A DNA stretch of 64,000 nt from Takakia lepidozioides (lineage: Eukaryota > Plantae > Bryophyta): NCBI GenBank assembly GCA_030704615.1, contig CM060731.1:27342001-27406000 (forward strand), read 5' to 3'. The position numbers were made by a program, and so were the translations under genes. Below are positions 50,601-62,381 of the stretch, piece after piece. The notes under the pieces are model-generated. The model did no database searches, was not told where the DNA came from, and was given only the letters and a program-made list of their open reading frames with translations. Position 1 is the stretch's first letter. Each line of letters begins with the position of its first letter.

Positions 50601-51472
50601 TTGTAGTTCCTTCGATGCTAATCACTATTTGAATCAATGCAGCAAGAACTAGCAGAGGCAGTCGAGAAGGGAAAATCCGAATATTACCGCACTACACCAG
50701 AGGAACTAAGGACATCAAAGGGTGTGGAAGCAGCAATAAAGAAGGAGTCTGAAATGCGAAGAACCAAATTGATGTCCGCCTTCGGAAAGCAGCTTAGAAT
50801 AGTAGATCCTGGACTTGGTTCTGAGTTCCTTCAGTAGATCAAATCTCACTATGACAAGCATGTGCATCCGGAGATGCAGCAGGAGAAATTGCACCGGCTG
50901 GCCATATCCATGGTCGACCCACAAACAAAAATAAGGTGGCTGGAGATATGGAACTCAGATCAGACAGTAAATGACTTGAATCAGTTCCCAAAGAGCACCA
51001 TACAGCTTGACACAAAGGTGGAAGGAATCAGTGATTTGGTGTTTGATAACTGGCTCCACAAGGCTACATTTTGGAGTCAGGTGTGTATTCAAATAAGCCA
51101 TTTTTTTTTCTTCAATTATGTGATGAATATCTTATTTGCAATACTGACAAATATACAATTTGCAGCTCGAAAAGCGCACCGTCATTGTGTTGGATCAGAC
51201 TTTGAAGGACTTGAACATTTCGATTGTTTCCCCTCCCCAAATGTCATTGGAGGCATACATAAGGAAGTGGAGAGGTCTCACCTGGAGATCTGTTTTTTCC
51301 GGGAGTTCTCCAAAGATGGTAACATTTTACGGTCCAACGACTTTGACAGTCAGGTTGGAGGAGAGTGGGCCATGATGCGAGTTGTGTACAGGTGCAATAT
51401 CATACTGGAAACTCTACTGCACTTTCTGGGAAATAATTAGGCTTCATAAGGATTGTAATCATAGATCCAAAT

Positions 51473-52245
51473 TGAATGTCGTTGACGACATTCACTTCTT
51501 TGTCTAAGTCATTCTTAAGCGAGAATTTGAATTCACCTGGATTAGGAGCTTAGGGTGTATTTATAGTGTCCCTGATTAGAATTGATAATGTCCCTGAATG
51601 GCGTTGACGACATTCACATCCAGAGTTGTTAAGAGGTCCTCAGAGATATGTAAGTTTTTGTAATGTCCATAGAGTTTACAGTGAGGGTTCCTCACTCCAG
51701 TTTGCTGAATGTCAATGCAGACATTCAGTTGTTCTGCAATGCTTTTGCCTCTTGCAAGAAATCTTGAGGCTTGATTAGCTGTGTTATCAGAGATCCAAAG
51801 TGAATGTCGTTGACGACATTCACTTCTATGTCTGTGTCATTCACCAGCGACAATTTGAATTTACATGGATTAGGAGCTTAGGGTGTATTTATTGGTTCCC
51901 TGTTCGGAATTTTGTGAATGGCGTTGACACCATTCACATCCAGTGTTATTATGAGGTCCTCAGTGTTATGTATGTTTTGAATGTCCATTGAGTTTTTAGG
52001 GAGGGTTCCTTATTCGAGTTTCTGAATGTCGTTGCCGACATTTAGTTTCCATCCAATGATTTTGCCTCTTTTGAGAAATCATTAGGCTTGATTAGCAGTA
52101 TATTCACAAATCCAAAGTGAATGACGTTGACGACATTCACTTCTATGTCTGTGTCATTCCAAAGCGAGAGTTTGCATTCACGTGGATTAGGGTGTATTTG
52201 CAGTATCATTGAATGGAATTTTTGGAATGGCGTTGACGACATTCA
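51473..52245. repeat. Intronic array of eight 22-bp palindromes, copy B
   Basis: Starts at 51473, 51595, 51706, 51801, 51915, 52023, 52118 and ~52224. Confidence 0.95.
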
Positions 52246-53396
52246 CATCCAGAGCTGTCGCGTGGTCCTGAGAGCTCCTTGAAGTAGTTCTCAGAGCCAT
52301 TTCATTCCTTGTTTTTTTCATTCTGTGCTACTTGCATCTTACTCACTTCGCGCTTTGGTGGGTTGGGATTTATCTCCTGTTTAACAGGTACACGAAATAT
52401 GTGCTTATGGAAGGAAATCACCTGAGCGGTATTCCAGACTATCTTGACATGTGGTCAGACCTAGCAAACGATCCAACCATGTATACTGCAGGGATATTGA
52501 AGGACTGGAGTCCTTCTCACTTCAGAGACTGTGGCTGGTACCTTGACTGCCCACCGGAGCACACGACCTTTCAAGAACAACACATGAAATATTTGAACAA
52601 TAATGCTGAGATGATGGCGCCTCTGACTGACGAGCAGTACCAAAGAAACATAGCAACATTGGCTGCCAAGGAGCCTGATGCTCAGGGAACGCCGCAGAAG
52701 GGAAAGAAGGCGGGCCGCAAACCAAAAGACAAGGCTCCTGATGTCATAGCCATCTCACCAGCAAAGCCAAAGGACAAAGACAAGTCCAAAGAGAAAGAGA
52801 AAGAAAAGGACAAGGGGAAGGAGAAAGAAAAGGAGATGGAGAAGGAAAAGGAGAGTGGGCAGGACTTCACTGCTGGAAGATATACCCACACAGTTCAGTG
52901 CGTGTTCGATGCCAAGCCACACCCTTCCCATTCTGATTCGGCAGGAGAGATTAAAATTGTCAATGAGGGTTGGCTGGTGATGATGCAGAGTCAAAAGAGA
53001 GGATACATTGGGGTGCCTTCGCCTACCTGGGACAACATAATCTCATTCCTCAATCTGGTGAGAATTCCAGTTTTTTTCCTTTTTCTCTGAAAGTTTCATT
53101 GGCAGTATTTCAGTCTGGTTCTTTGAAAACATTCTTGCCATCGTTCTTAAAATAAACATGTCTGTTGCAGGTGAGCACTGGTCCCACCTTCGTGTGCGAT
53201 GTGCAGAAAACATATGCGGCTGACATTGTCATTCTCGACATCCCGGATGGCCAGGCTGTGCCAGAAGTTCTTCCAAAGGGCAAGACGCCAGGCTGGAACA
53301 AATTCGAGGACAACTACTGGAGTTGGGTGTTCGGGTTCTGTAATAATTTCCTCTCTGATGCAGGGACACTTCTGCTTTTTCAGTCATATGACAAAG

Positions 53397-53896
53397 ATAG
53401 TCATCGGGCATTGGCATCATATTGGAAGTCTTCAGGGTTTGAAGTTTTGCGCACATGGAATTGTGTGAACAACCTCTACCTTGTGAAAGGGGGTTTCCTG
53501 GTCAGCTGGTATGACGTCTCCCTTCTGCTTGTGCTTTCATGATGAGTTTCAATGTTCTCTGCAGCTCCACTCTAGAAGAATCTGTCATGATCGACACCGA
53601 TCATCACCGATTCGTGATAAAAATGACTGTTTTATGCCTGAGTTCTGAATAGTCGTCGGGCATTGGCATCATACCTCAAGTCTTCAGGGTTTGAAGTTTT
53701 GCGCACATGGAATTGTGTGAACAGCCTCTACCTTGTGAAAGGGGGTTTCCCTGGTCAGCTGGTATGTCGTCTCCCTTCTGCTTGTGCTTTCATGATGAGT
53801 TTCAATGTTCTCTGCAGCTCCACTCTAGTAGAATGTGTTATGATCGACACCGATCATCACCGATTCATGATTTTTTTGTGTCTGAGTTCTGAATAG
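53397..53896 (+). repeat. 252-bp tandem duplication of exon end plus intron in copy B
   Basis: atagtc(a/g)tcgggcattggcatc at 53397 and 53649; single copy in element A. Confidence 0.9.
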
Positions 53897-54011
53897 CCGA
53901 TGTACACACTTCCACTATAGATTGTGTTTACCACACTAACCTGCTATCTTTGGCAAACAAGGATGTTCGAGGCGATCTGCCTGCGGAGGATTCGCACCTC
54001 AAAGACACCAT

Positions 54012-57000
54012 CACTACAACAAATTGTGGCTTTTACGTCTCTGTGTTATGACTGCAAATGCAGTCATGGAAGCCATTTACGACTTCCTGACTCTGCAGAC
54101 GTAAAGACCTAGTCAGTTGTGACATGGCAGATATGACTCTCCAGGCTGGCTGTCACGTGGTGCTAGAGCAGCTGTGGGGGTAGTCATACACGCTGGCATT
54201 ACTGAATGACTGAACAGGTCCATGTCAGCCGCTGTGTAATAGAGACACGTGCTCTCTACAGAACACGCCACGTGTCAGACTGCGACGCCATCCGACTGCA
54301 GAGGAGGGAATCAGACGTCAGCATGTGTCGCATCGTGATTTTGACACGTGGTTCCTCATGTCAATTGACACGCGTCGCTGTTGGGGGTTGTAGATTTACT
54401 TTATTGTTATTATAATTACTAAAATAATTATTATAATTATTTGTTATTATAATTATTAATACTGACCAACATGGGACAGTGGCACATTATTAAATAACGA
54501 AATTTTGAAATTATATCTTAGATAAAATATTTATTCGCTCAGATACCAAAACACACCCTTACGGGGAAGGAGAGTTTGCCTTAGTGCCTGTGCTGAATTG
54601 CATCTGCTACTGTTACCTGTTTATGGATACTTTTTTATTGTCACTTTGGCAGTATCATATCAAAGTCACTCCAAACTATCTACCATCTACCCATGACCAT
54701 CTACCCATGCAGGTTTCTTGTAGCTATCCTTCCACTGGGAATCATCGGTAATCTGGAGCTTGAAATCCGGCTTTCTTGGATGATCTGGCCCCACACTCTA
54801 TCCCTGCTCCTTCAGCTATCCATGCCTCTGCATAGATCATGCATATATCTTTGCATTGCTATTAGCAGCTGATAATGACAGCCTACATTTGTTCCAGCAA
54901 ACACCCAACTCAACTTACCACACAAGTTCCTATTCTCAATTGCATCTGTTACTCTCTGTAATCCAACAGGCATTTACCTTTTTGCCTCGGTTGTCCCACC
55001 ATTGACTGGGGTCAGAAAAGTATTCATTCCACAGCTTCCCCTCATCTCCGTTAACTGTTTTTCGATACTTTCCTGTTGTCACATTGGCAATATCATGTCA
55101 AAGTCACTCCAAACTAGATTCACTCAATCAGCTAACTTGCAGACATTGAAATTTAGGGCCGGTTCTGATAAGATGAAAAAACAGGGTGAAATGTGTTGAA
55201 GAAGGTGCCTTTATTAGCAGTGCTTGATTTTATCAATTGTGCCGCTACTCTTGCGGCTTCCAGTTCACCATCTACCCATGCAGGTTTCTTATAGCTAAAT
55301 CCACAGGTAATCATAGGTAATCATGTGCTTGAAATCTGGCCCTCTTGGATGAATCTGGACCCATACTCTATCCCTGCTCTTTCAGCTATCACTGCTTCTG
55401 CACAAATCATGCATACTTCCTTGCCTTGCAGCTTCTAATGGCAGCCTACATTTGTTCTAGGAAACACCCAACTCAGCTTATCACACTAGTTCCTATGTTG
55501 AATTGCGTCTGCCCTCTATAATCTAACAGGCATTAACCTTTTTCCCTCGGTTGTCCCACCATTCCACAACTTCTCCTCGTCTCTGTGACCTGTTTCTGGA
55601 TACTTTCCTGTTGTCACATTGGCATCATGTCAAAGTTCAGATCGACATCTAGTACAATTCCACCACGAACCTCTTTGCTATTTTGCAGGGCTGCCAGGCT
55701 TGCACACATGTTGCAAATGTAACAAACGCGATGTGGTTGCGCTGCAGTATCCCTTCCCACACCACTTGCTCATAGACCTCTCCAAAGGGCCTCCATCCCG
55801 TGCCGCTGTTGTGCATATCCTGGGATCATCATCCTCCATGCACCCCAATTTGGCATACAAGTCCACAAGGGCATAGTTCAGAACAACATTTGTTTAATTC
55901 CAGCTTGGACGATCAACATCACAAACCCCGTCTTCACTCATTGCCTACTCTAGGTAAGTGCAATTATGGGCTAGGCTGGTACCACATCTCATTCAGCCAT
56001 ATTATCAAAACAACCCTGCAACCTTGGCTGACATATATGTACACCAGGGGAATGTTCAGAATGACATCAGGTACAATTCCAGCTTTGATGATGTCACCAT
56101 GAACCTCTTGGCCCCTTCCCAGGGCTGCTAGGCTCGCATATGCATATTAACAAACACAAATGAACATGACCTGGTTTGGCTTCATCCTTTCCCACATCAT
56201 TTGTTCTTAGGTTTCCAAAGCCTTACTCCCACACCTATGCTACACACACCTTACAATCATGGCAGTCCACAACACCACATCTCATTTAGCCATGTTGTCG
56301 AACTCTCCCTTTGCATCAGGCTTGCTGCACCCACATTTGGCATACATGTCCACTAGGGCAGTGGTCAGAATGACAACTAGTACAGTTTCAGCTTTCACGA
56401 TGGCACATGGCCAAGAGATATCCCAATATCCCGCTACCAATGGGTTCAATGCATACTCTTGTCACATTGGCAGTATCATGTCAAAGTCACTCCAACTAGA
56501 TTCACTCAACCAGCTAACTTGCAGAATTGAACATGAAAATTTAGGGCCGATTCTGATAAGAGGGGAAAATAGGGTGAAATGTGTTTCAGAAGGTGCCTTC
56601 ATTAGCAGTGCTTGATTGTATCAATTGTGCTGCTGCTGTTGCGGCTTCCAATTGACCATCTACCCATGCAGGTTTCTTGTATCTATCCTTCCACATGGAA
56701 TCATAGATAATCTGGAGCTTGAAATCTGGCCCTCTTCCACACTCTATCCATGCTCCTTTTGCTATCTATGCCTCTGCACAAAATCATGCATACAACAATC
56801 ATTCCAGCAAACACCCCCAACCCTACTTATCAATGAGCAACGAGCTAACTTACATAATTCAATATGCATCTCAAGGCCGAGTCTGATGAGAGGGCAAAAC
56901 AGGCTAAAATAGGTCGAAGAAGAACCCATAGAGGATTTGACCGACCATCAACCCAAAAGGACCTCTTGTGTGTGCTGCTTGTGTCTTGTAGTTAGGTAAT

Positions 57001-58496
57001 GTCGGATTGGTCTATGAGAACCAGCACGGTGCAGATGAGCAGGCAGAGATTGAAACACGGTCCTAAGACCAAGCTGACTCTCCCAAGAACCTTGAAACAT
57101 CAGGAAGAATACCAAATCATGGTACTAACAGGAGCCAACAGCCCACATTTGCAGGATGGACAAACTTCTTCACATCGTACATTAAGGAAAAGCCACACCT
57201 TGCCATTGCGGTTGTCGCACCATCGTGAAGGATCTTTAAAAATTCATGCCAACTCTGCTCCGTGCTGCAAATGAAGGGCCGAGTCTGATGAGAGGGCAAA
57301 ACAGGCTGAAATAGGTCGAAGAAGAAGGTGCCCTCACCACATTGTCCTCGACCTTGTGTCATGGCCCATGGAGGATTTGACTGACCATGAACCCAAGAAG
57401 ACCTCTTCAGTGTGCTGCTTGTTTCTGTAGTCAGGTAATGTCGGATTGGTCAGTGAGAACCACCACGGTGCAGCTGAGTGGGCAGAGATTGAAACACGGC
57501 CTGCTAAGACCAAGCTAACTCTCCCAAGAACCTTGTAAACATCAGGAAGAATACCAAATCATGGTACTAACAGGAGCCAACAACCCACATTTGCAGGATG
57601 GACAAACTTCTTCACATCGTACATTAAGAAAAAGCCCACCTTGCGATTGCGGTTGTCCCACCATCGTGAGGATCTTTTAGAAACTCATGCCAGCTCTGCT
57701 CCGTGCTGTAAAATCAGGGCCGAGCGGGTAGAGATTGAAACACGGCCTGCTAAGACGAAGCTGACTCTCCCAAGAACGGCGGGCTCCCAGCCGAAACCTC
57801 CTCGCACACATACCGTAGCGTTTCTAGGGTTGCTTGCTCCAAATGCGAAATCCAACTCGCCGCTCATGTTGATGGCTTTAAGTTCACGTAAACCAGGACT
57901 TTTTAACCCCCCCCCGCCTTCAGGCCAGACTTGACGATCAACCCGACATATCACCAACACACACGGGATAAGGCAGCGGGTTTGAACCCCAAACCACCAG
58001 GGCGACACACTGTGCACTTACCAGCCGATGTGTTTTTTTCTTTTTTTTAAATTGCATTTTGTTTTTAAAAAAAAAAATTGATTCTAGTGGTCAGAGTCTC
58101 CGTTTTTTCAAAATATAAATACTCATATATTATATATATAACCAGAAAAGCATGTGTTGACATGTGCAGTCATGTAGTGATTCATCCATGTGATGATCTG
58201 GCAGAATGCATTAGAGTGATAGTCATGAAGTCATATGTCTTTCTAGCAATATACACACGTCATTCTAGTGTAGCCATGACCGTGACTGGTAGTCATATCT
58301 GCCATGCCAATATTTGTGGTCAAACATGTTTGACCTGTGTTCCGCAGAGTCCGGAGCCATGCAGTCGCATATACGCCTTCCCCAAACCTGCATTATGACT
58401 TCAAAAGCATTTTACGACTGCAAATGGCATTTCTGCCACAAATCTGTCATGACTGCGCCCCCATGGGAGTCGTAAAAGCCGCAATCTGTTGTAGTG
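54012..58496. mobile_element. Non-autonomous CACTA element
   Basis: TIRs CACTACAACAAATTGTGGCTTTTACG / CGTAAAAGCCGCAATCTGTTGTAGTG. 3-bp TSD CAT (54009-54011, 58497-58499). The empty site acaccatcctcc is present in copy A at ~5031. Interior consists of duplicated non-coding blocks. Confidence 0.97.
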
Positions 58497-58642
58497 CATC
58501 CTCCATCCGCAGCTTTGAGATTTCTGACCAGGGTTTCGTCACCCCCCCCTATGAACCGCATGTCGATGACATTTTTGTACAACTTCATGCAGTCCAGTCA
58601 GACTCTAAAGAGACCAGATGGCACTCCCTGGAGAGGTGCAAA

Positions 58643-60250
58643 GGAAACAGAGCTATAGGCTGGTTATCAATGCGAGCCAGATGCAGTGCCTCATTGGTAA
58701 GAAGAATGTTATCAAGGATCATTCTGTTTTTCAGGAACCTTGACTGCTCCCACAAGGCAGTGAAGAATTCCACAGGCAGTCCATCTAGCTCTGGAGTCTT
58801 AAACGTATTCAGCGCTTCTGCACGTTCAACAACTCATCAGAAAGAAAGGGAGCAGCAAGGGCATTCTGCTTGTCAATAGAGAGAAGGCTTGGGAAGGATT
58901 GGATAACCTCAGAACGAAATTCCAATAGGTTAACTTCCTCTTGAGAAGCAGAAAAGAGCTTGGCAAAGTGGTCTGCAGCTGCTGCAGCCTTCTCCTTGGG
59001 TTAGGAGAAGGTCACCCCGCTGGAGTTTGTAATCGCGTGAAAGTGCATTGCTTCCCTTCGTTGTTTTGCTTTCTGGAAGAAATAACCAGTCATCTTCTCC
59101 CCCTTAAACGACCAATTCACTCCCGCTCTAATACGAAGGAATTCCTCCTTTTCAACATCTAGTACTGCCAAATTACGTTTAGCTGCAAGATAGGATTCCA
59201 TTGTAATTACACCATGATTCCCTCCTTCAATTCTTCTTTGGCAATGCAGCAGACATTTAGTTAATGCCTTATGATGTTGTGTTCTTTCAGCAGCAACAGA
59301 GCGGGAAAGGTCTTGGGCCAATCTGCGTGTAGCCTGAAGTTTATTTAAAAAGGAAATGGAGGGGGAATGAAACCCAACCCCTGCTTCCATCCATTCATTT
59401 TCCAGCTTCTTCAGACAGTCTTGTTTTTTCAGAATGCTTGGGTTGAGTTTAAAATAACCTCGACCTCTAGCATGTAGTCCGGGTGGATAGAACTCCGCAA
59501 CAACCATGGCATGATCAAAGTCCGCTAGTATAGGGGTCTGAGCCATACCTTTAGACCAGGCCAGGGGGGACTGAGAACAGTAAATTCTGTCTAGCCCAGC
59601 CATACAAAGGTCGGGAGGATTCCTCAAATTGGACCACGTGAATCTTAATCCAGAGGAGGAGTCTGAAAGGATATCCACCAATCCAACTGAGAAACATAAC
59701 ATATCCCAAGCAACTTGCTCTTCATCAGACAAAAAATGTGAGGCGTGCTGCAGCTTATCATTATAATTATCTACCATGTTAAAATCCCCAGCTAGGACCC
59801 AATTCTGAACATTGGGAAAACTGGTAATTTTAACTCTGATAGCATCCCAGAGAATAGCTCTTTCTTGAGATAGATTCGGCGCATACACATTTATGAAAGC
59901 AGTGGGGCCAAAGGGAGAGGAGGGGTCCGTGAAAAGGCATTGGACACGACCCTGGATCCATATTTCTACTTTGTTTATTGAACCAGCAATGGTCGGAGAT
60001 ACCAGGATCGCCATTCCTCCACAAGAGGAGGAAATAGTGGGGTTCCACCATGCAACCTGCGAGGGCCAGAAGCTGTTTCCAATGGATCTGATCTTAACAT
60101 CATCCAACTTAGTTTCTTGGAGAAAAATGATAGCTGAAGTAGACATAAGGGAGAAGCCCACAATTTTACTCGTCGTCTTTTAGGCATAGTGGGTATCCGA
60201 GCCTATACCACGTATGTTCCAAGAGAATAGGGACCAGGTTATGTGGGGAA
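58643..60250 (-). pseudogene. L1-type LINE ORF2 5' part: APE endonuclease and linker
   Basis: IIFLQETKL, GGMAILVS, INVYAPN, WVLAGDFN, FTWSN, GLDRIY, DHAMV, then LDGLPVEFF and ILDNILL leading into RT. Confidence 0.93.
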
Positions 60251-60289
60251 TTTTTCCCAGCCCATTGGTGAGATCCAACGAATTGATGG

Positions 60290-62381
60290 CTAATCAGACA
60301 GAGCCAGGGAAAGCTGGAGATGAAGAAAGGGAATTGCAGAAATGAGAGAGTCCAACCAGAGTTTGATCGAGAAAAGCCCTTTAACTTTGCAAGAGAGGGA
60401 AGAAACAGGGCATAGCAACTGTCCACAAGCAGGGATGACAATAGTGGGGAGGAATAGAATAGTCCAAGAGGGAGAACTGCAACACATATGAAGCTTGGTT
60501 TTATAACAGTAGATAGGTCTCAGAAAGAGGGAAGAGAAAGAAGTGGGGGAAAGAGAGAAAAGCGAGTGAGAGCAGCAGAGATTATTCGAGCTCACCGGGG
60601 ATGGGGCAGTGGTGGCCAGATCCATAATGGTGAAGAACTTGTCACTTGATGGAGGTTCGTCCTCCGAGGGGAGATTCCTTTGGGAGTAATGGAACTCCTC
60701 TACAATCTCCATTCCTACTCCATAAATTGAAGCCAAGAATTTTCTGTTCCCCACATCTCCAAAACCCTTTGGAATGTTCTCTCCAGACAACCAGGTTAGT
60801 GTAGAGGAGGAGCTGTCCAAGAGTTTAAGATCAGAAATGCGCACGGTTGGGAGGAGTTGGACACTGTAATCTCCAGAGGTGCTTTGGTGCTGGAAAGCAC
60901 CGAAGAAAATTGGTGTACCTTCATTGAGAATCAAGTTAGGAAGATAATGCAAGAAGATGCTACTGATTTTAGCCAAAATGACCTCCATCTCTTTTCCTGG
61001 TGAGAAAGCCAGTACATCCTCTAGAAATATCCATGATTCCACGAATGTTTCCTTACTTGTAGCCAAGATTGCAAGATTACCATCAATGAGAGTAAAGATT
61101 ATAGGAGTGATGCGCACACCCAGATAAACCGGGCCATCTGTAGGAGAGGGGTCATCCGGGAGATTTAGCCTGTGAAAGGACTTGAGCCGGCAGCAGAAGG
61201 CTTCTAGGTTGTCCTCTTCATCATGGCCAACCTTATAGATAAGAGCCTCAATCCTAGACCTTGCAATCATCGGAACCGGAGAGAGCAAGAATTCTCTTAC
61301 ATTGAACTGGGAAGCAGAGGCAGGGGTGGACAGTACCCTAGGCCTCTTGGCCTGATGTCTATTGGACGGAGAGCCATCATCTCGGGGAGCGTTGTTTATT
61401 CGCATTCTGGCACTGCCATTTCCACTTGGGCCATTACCCCTCTGACCATGATGATTCATAGCAGCCTGTTCTGCTGCAACAGACGGAGTCACAACATTAG
61501 AGCTTCTGGCCTTCTTTAGCTGTGGGCAATCCACTTTAATGTGCCCTTCCCTATGACACTGGTGACAAAGCACATTAAGTGACTCTTCCAGCACAGCCAC
61601 CGTGATGAACATGTTGTCCAAGGTTGGGAGTTTCAGGGATGGTTCTATGTTCACATTCTCAGGCATCCATACAATGATCTTTGGAACACCCGAATCCAAG
61701 AATGCTCCATGTTGGCCACCGAATCAATGCTGAGGAGATCCTCTTCATCCAAGTCATCCACATTCATAGATCCAATATATGAACCAAAGTGATCACCTAT
61801 TTCAGGTAGAGATTTTAGATAGATGGCAGGGAGATAAGGCAAAGCAAGCACTCTGGGTTTACAAGTAACCCCCATTTTATGACCCCAATCAGAAGACCAT
61901 GGAAATATATGGACTCGATAGCGGGACTTGCGAGTGTTAAACTTGAGGGCCTTGGCAGCAAATTCCTCAGAGCTGAACAGAAAAGAAAAGAAGCCCCTTC
62001 CAAGGGGGTGAAAAAAATGCTTGGTGAGGCCTCCATCCGGGCCCAAATGCTCCTGAGCCCATGTTCTGACCCAATGACGATCTCTGACCCTACCAGGAAA
62101 GAGGAGCAAGATTCCTCTTTTAGACAGCAGCAGAGAGTGTTTTTTTTAAGACTTCCATATCCAGAGATAAAGACAGGTTGGTCTTCTTTCATAACCGCCG
62201 CCTCCTCACTCCACAGCTCCACTTGTCTGCCTAGAGGGGAGAGCGGGGCTGAGCCCAGAAGACCTGCACCATTTTGTCTATAAAACCCTCCACTTTTTTG
62301 TCTCTTGCGCTGCTGTCTATTATTCCTAAACCCAGAGTTTTTGGGAGGACCTCAAAAAATGACACTTGCATTCGGAGCCAT
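60290..62381 (-). pseudogene. L1 ORF1 (DUF4283-like region, CCHC zinc knuckle, long C-terminal extension), frameshifted
   Basis: HPLGRGFFSFLFSSEE..HIFPWSSD; CHQCHREGHIKVDCP. Confidence 0.8.

Larger units (their letters stand above)
43526..58647. mobile_element. Mutator-like (MULE) DNA transposon, copy B (left end present, right end truncated, interrupted by a CACTA element)
   Basis: Left terminus is an imperfect inverted match to the copy A right end. Transposase on minus, ParB-MTase gene on plus. Homology to copy A resumes at 58500 after the CACTA insertion and stops at 58647. Confidence 0.8.
48502..58647 (+). pseudogene. ParB/Srx-like + beta-class DNA methyltransferase-fold gene, copy B (interrupted at 54012-58499, truncated before motif I)
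   Basis: Same exon series as copy A. MFYVWDGNHRLLAWMGY in ORF 49964-50275 and ADIVILDIPDG in ORF 53165-53542. Its stops (e.g. 49952-49954, 50835-50837) differ from those of copy A. Confidence 0.7.

Noticed and set aside
55002-58017. ORFs inside the non-autonomous CACTA
   Set aside because: They lie in duplicated blocks whose frames are not conserved between copies, and show no transposase motifs.
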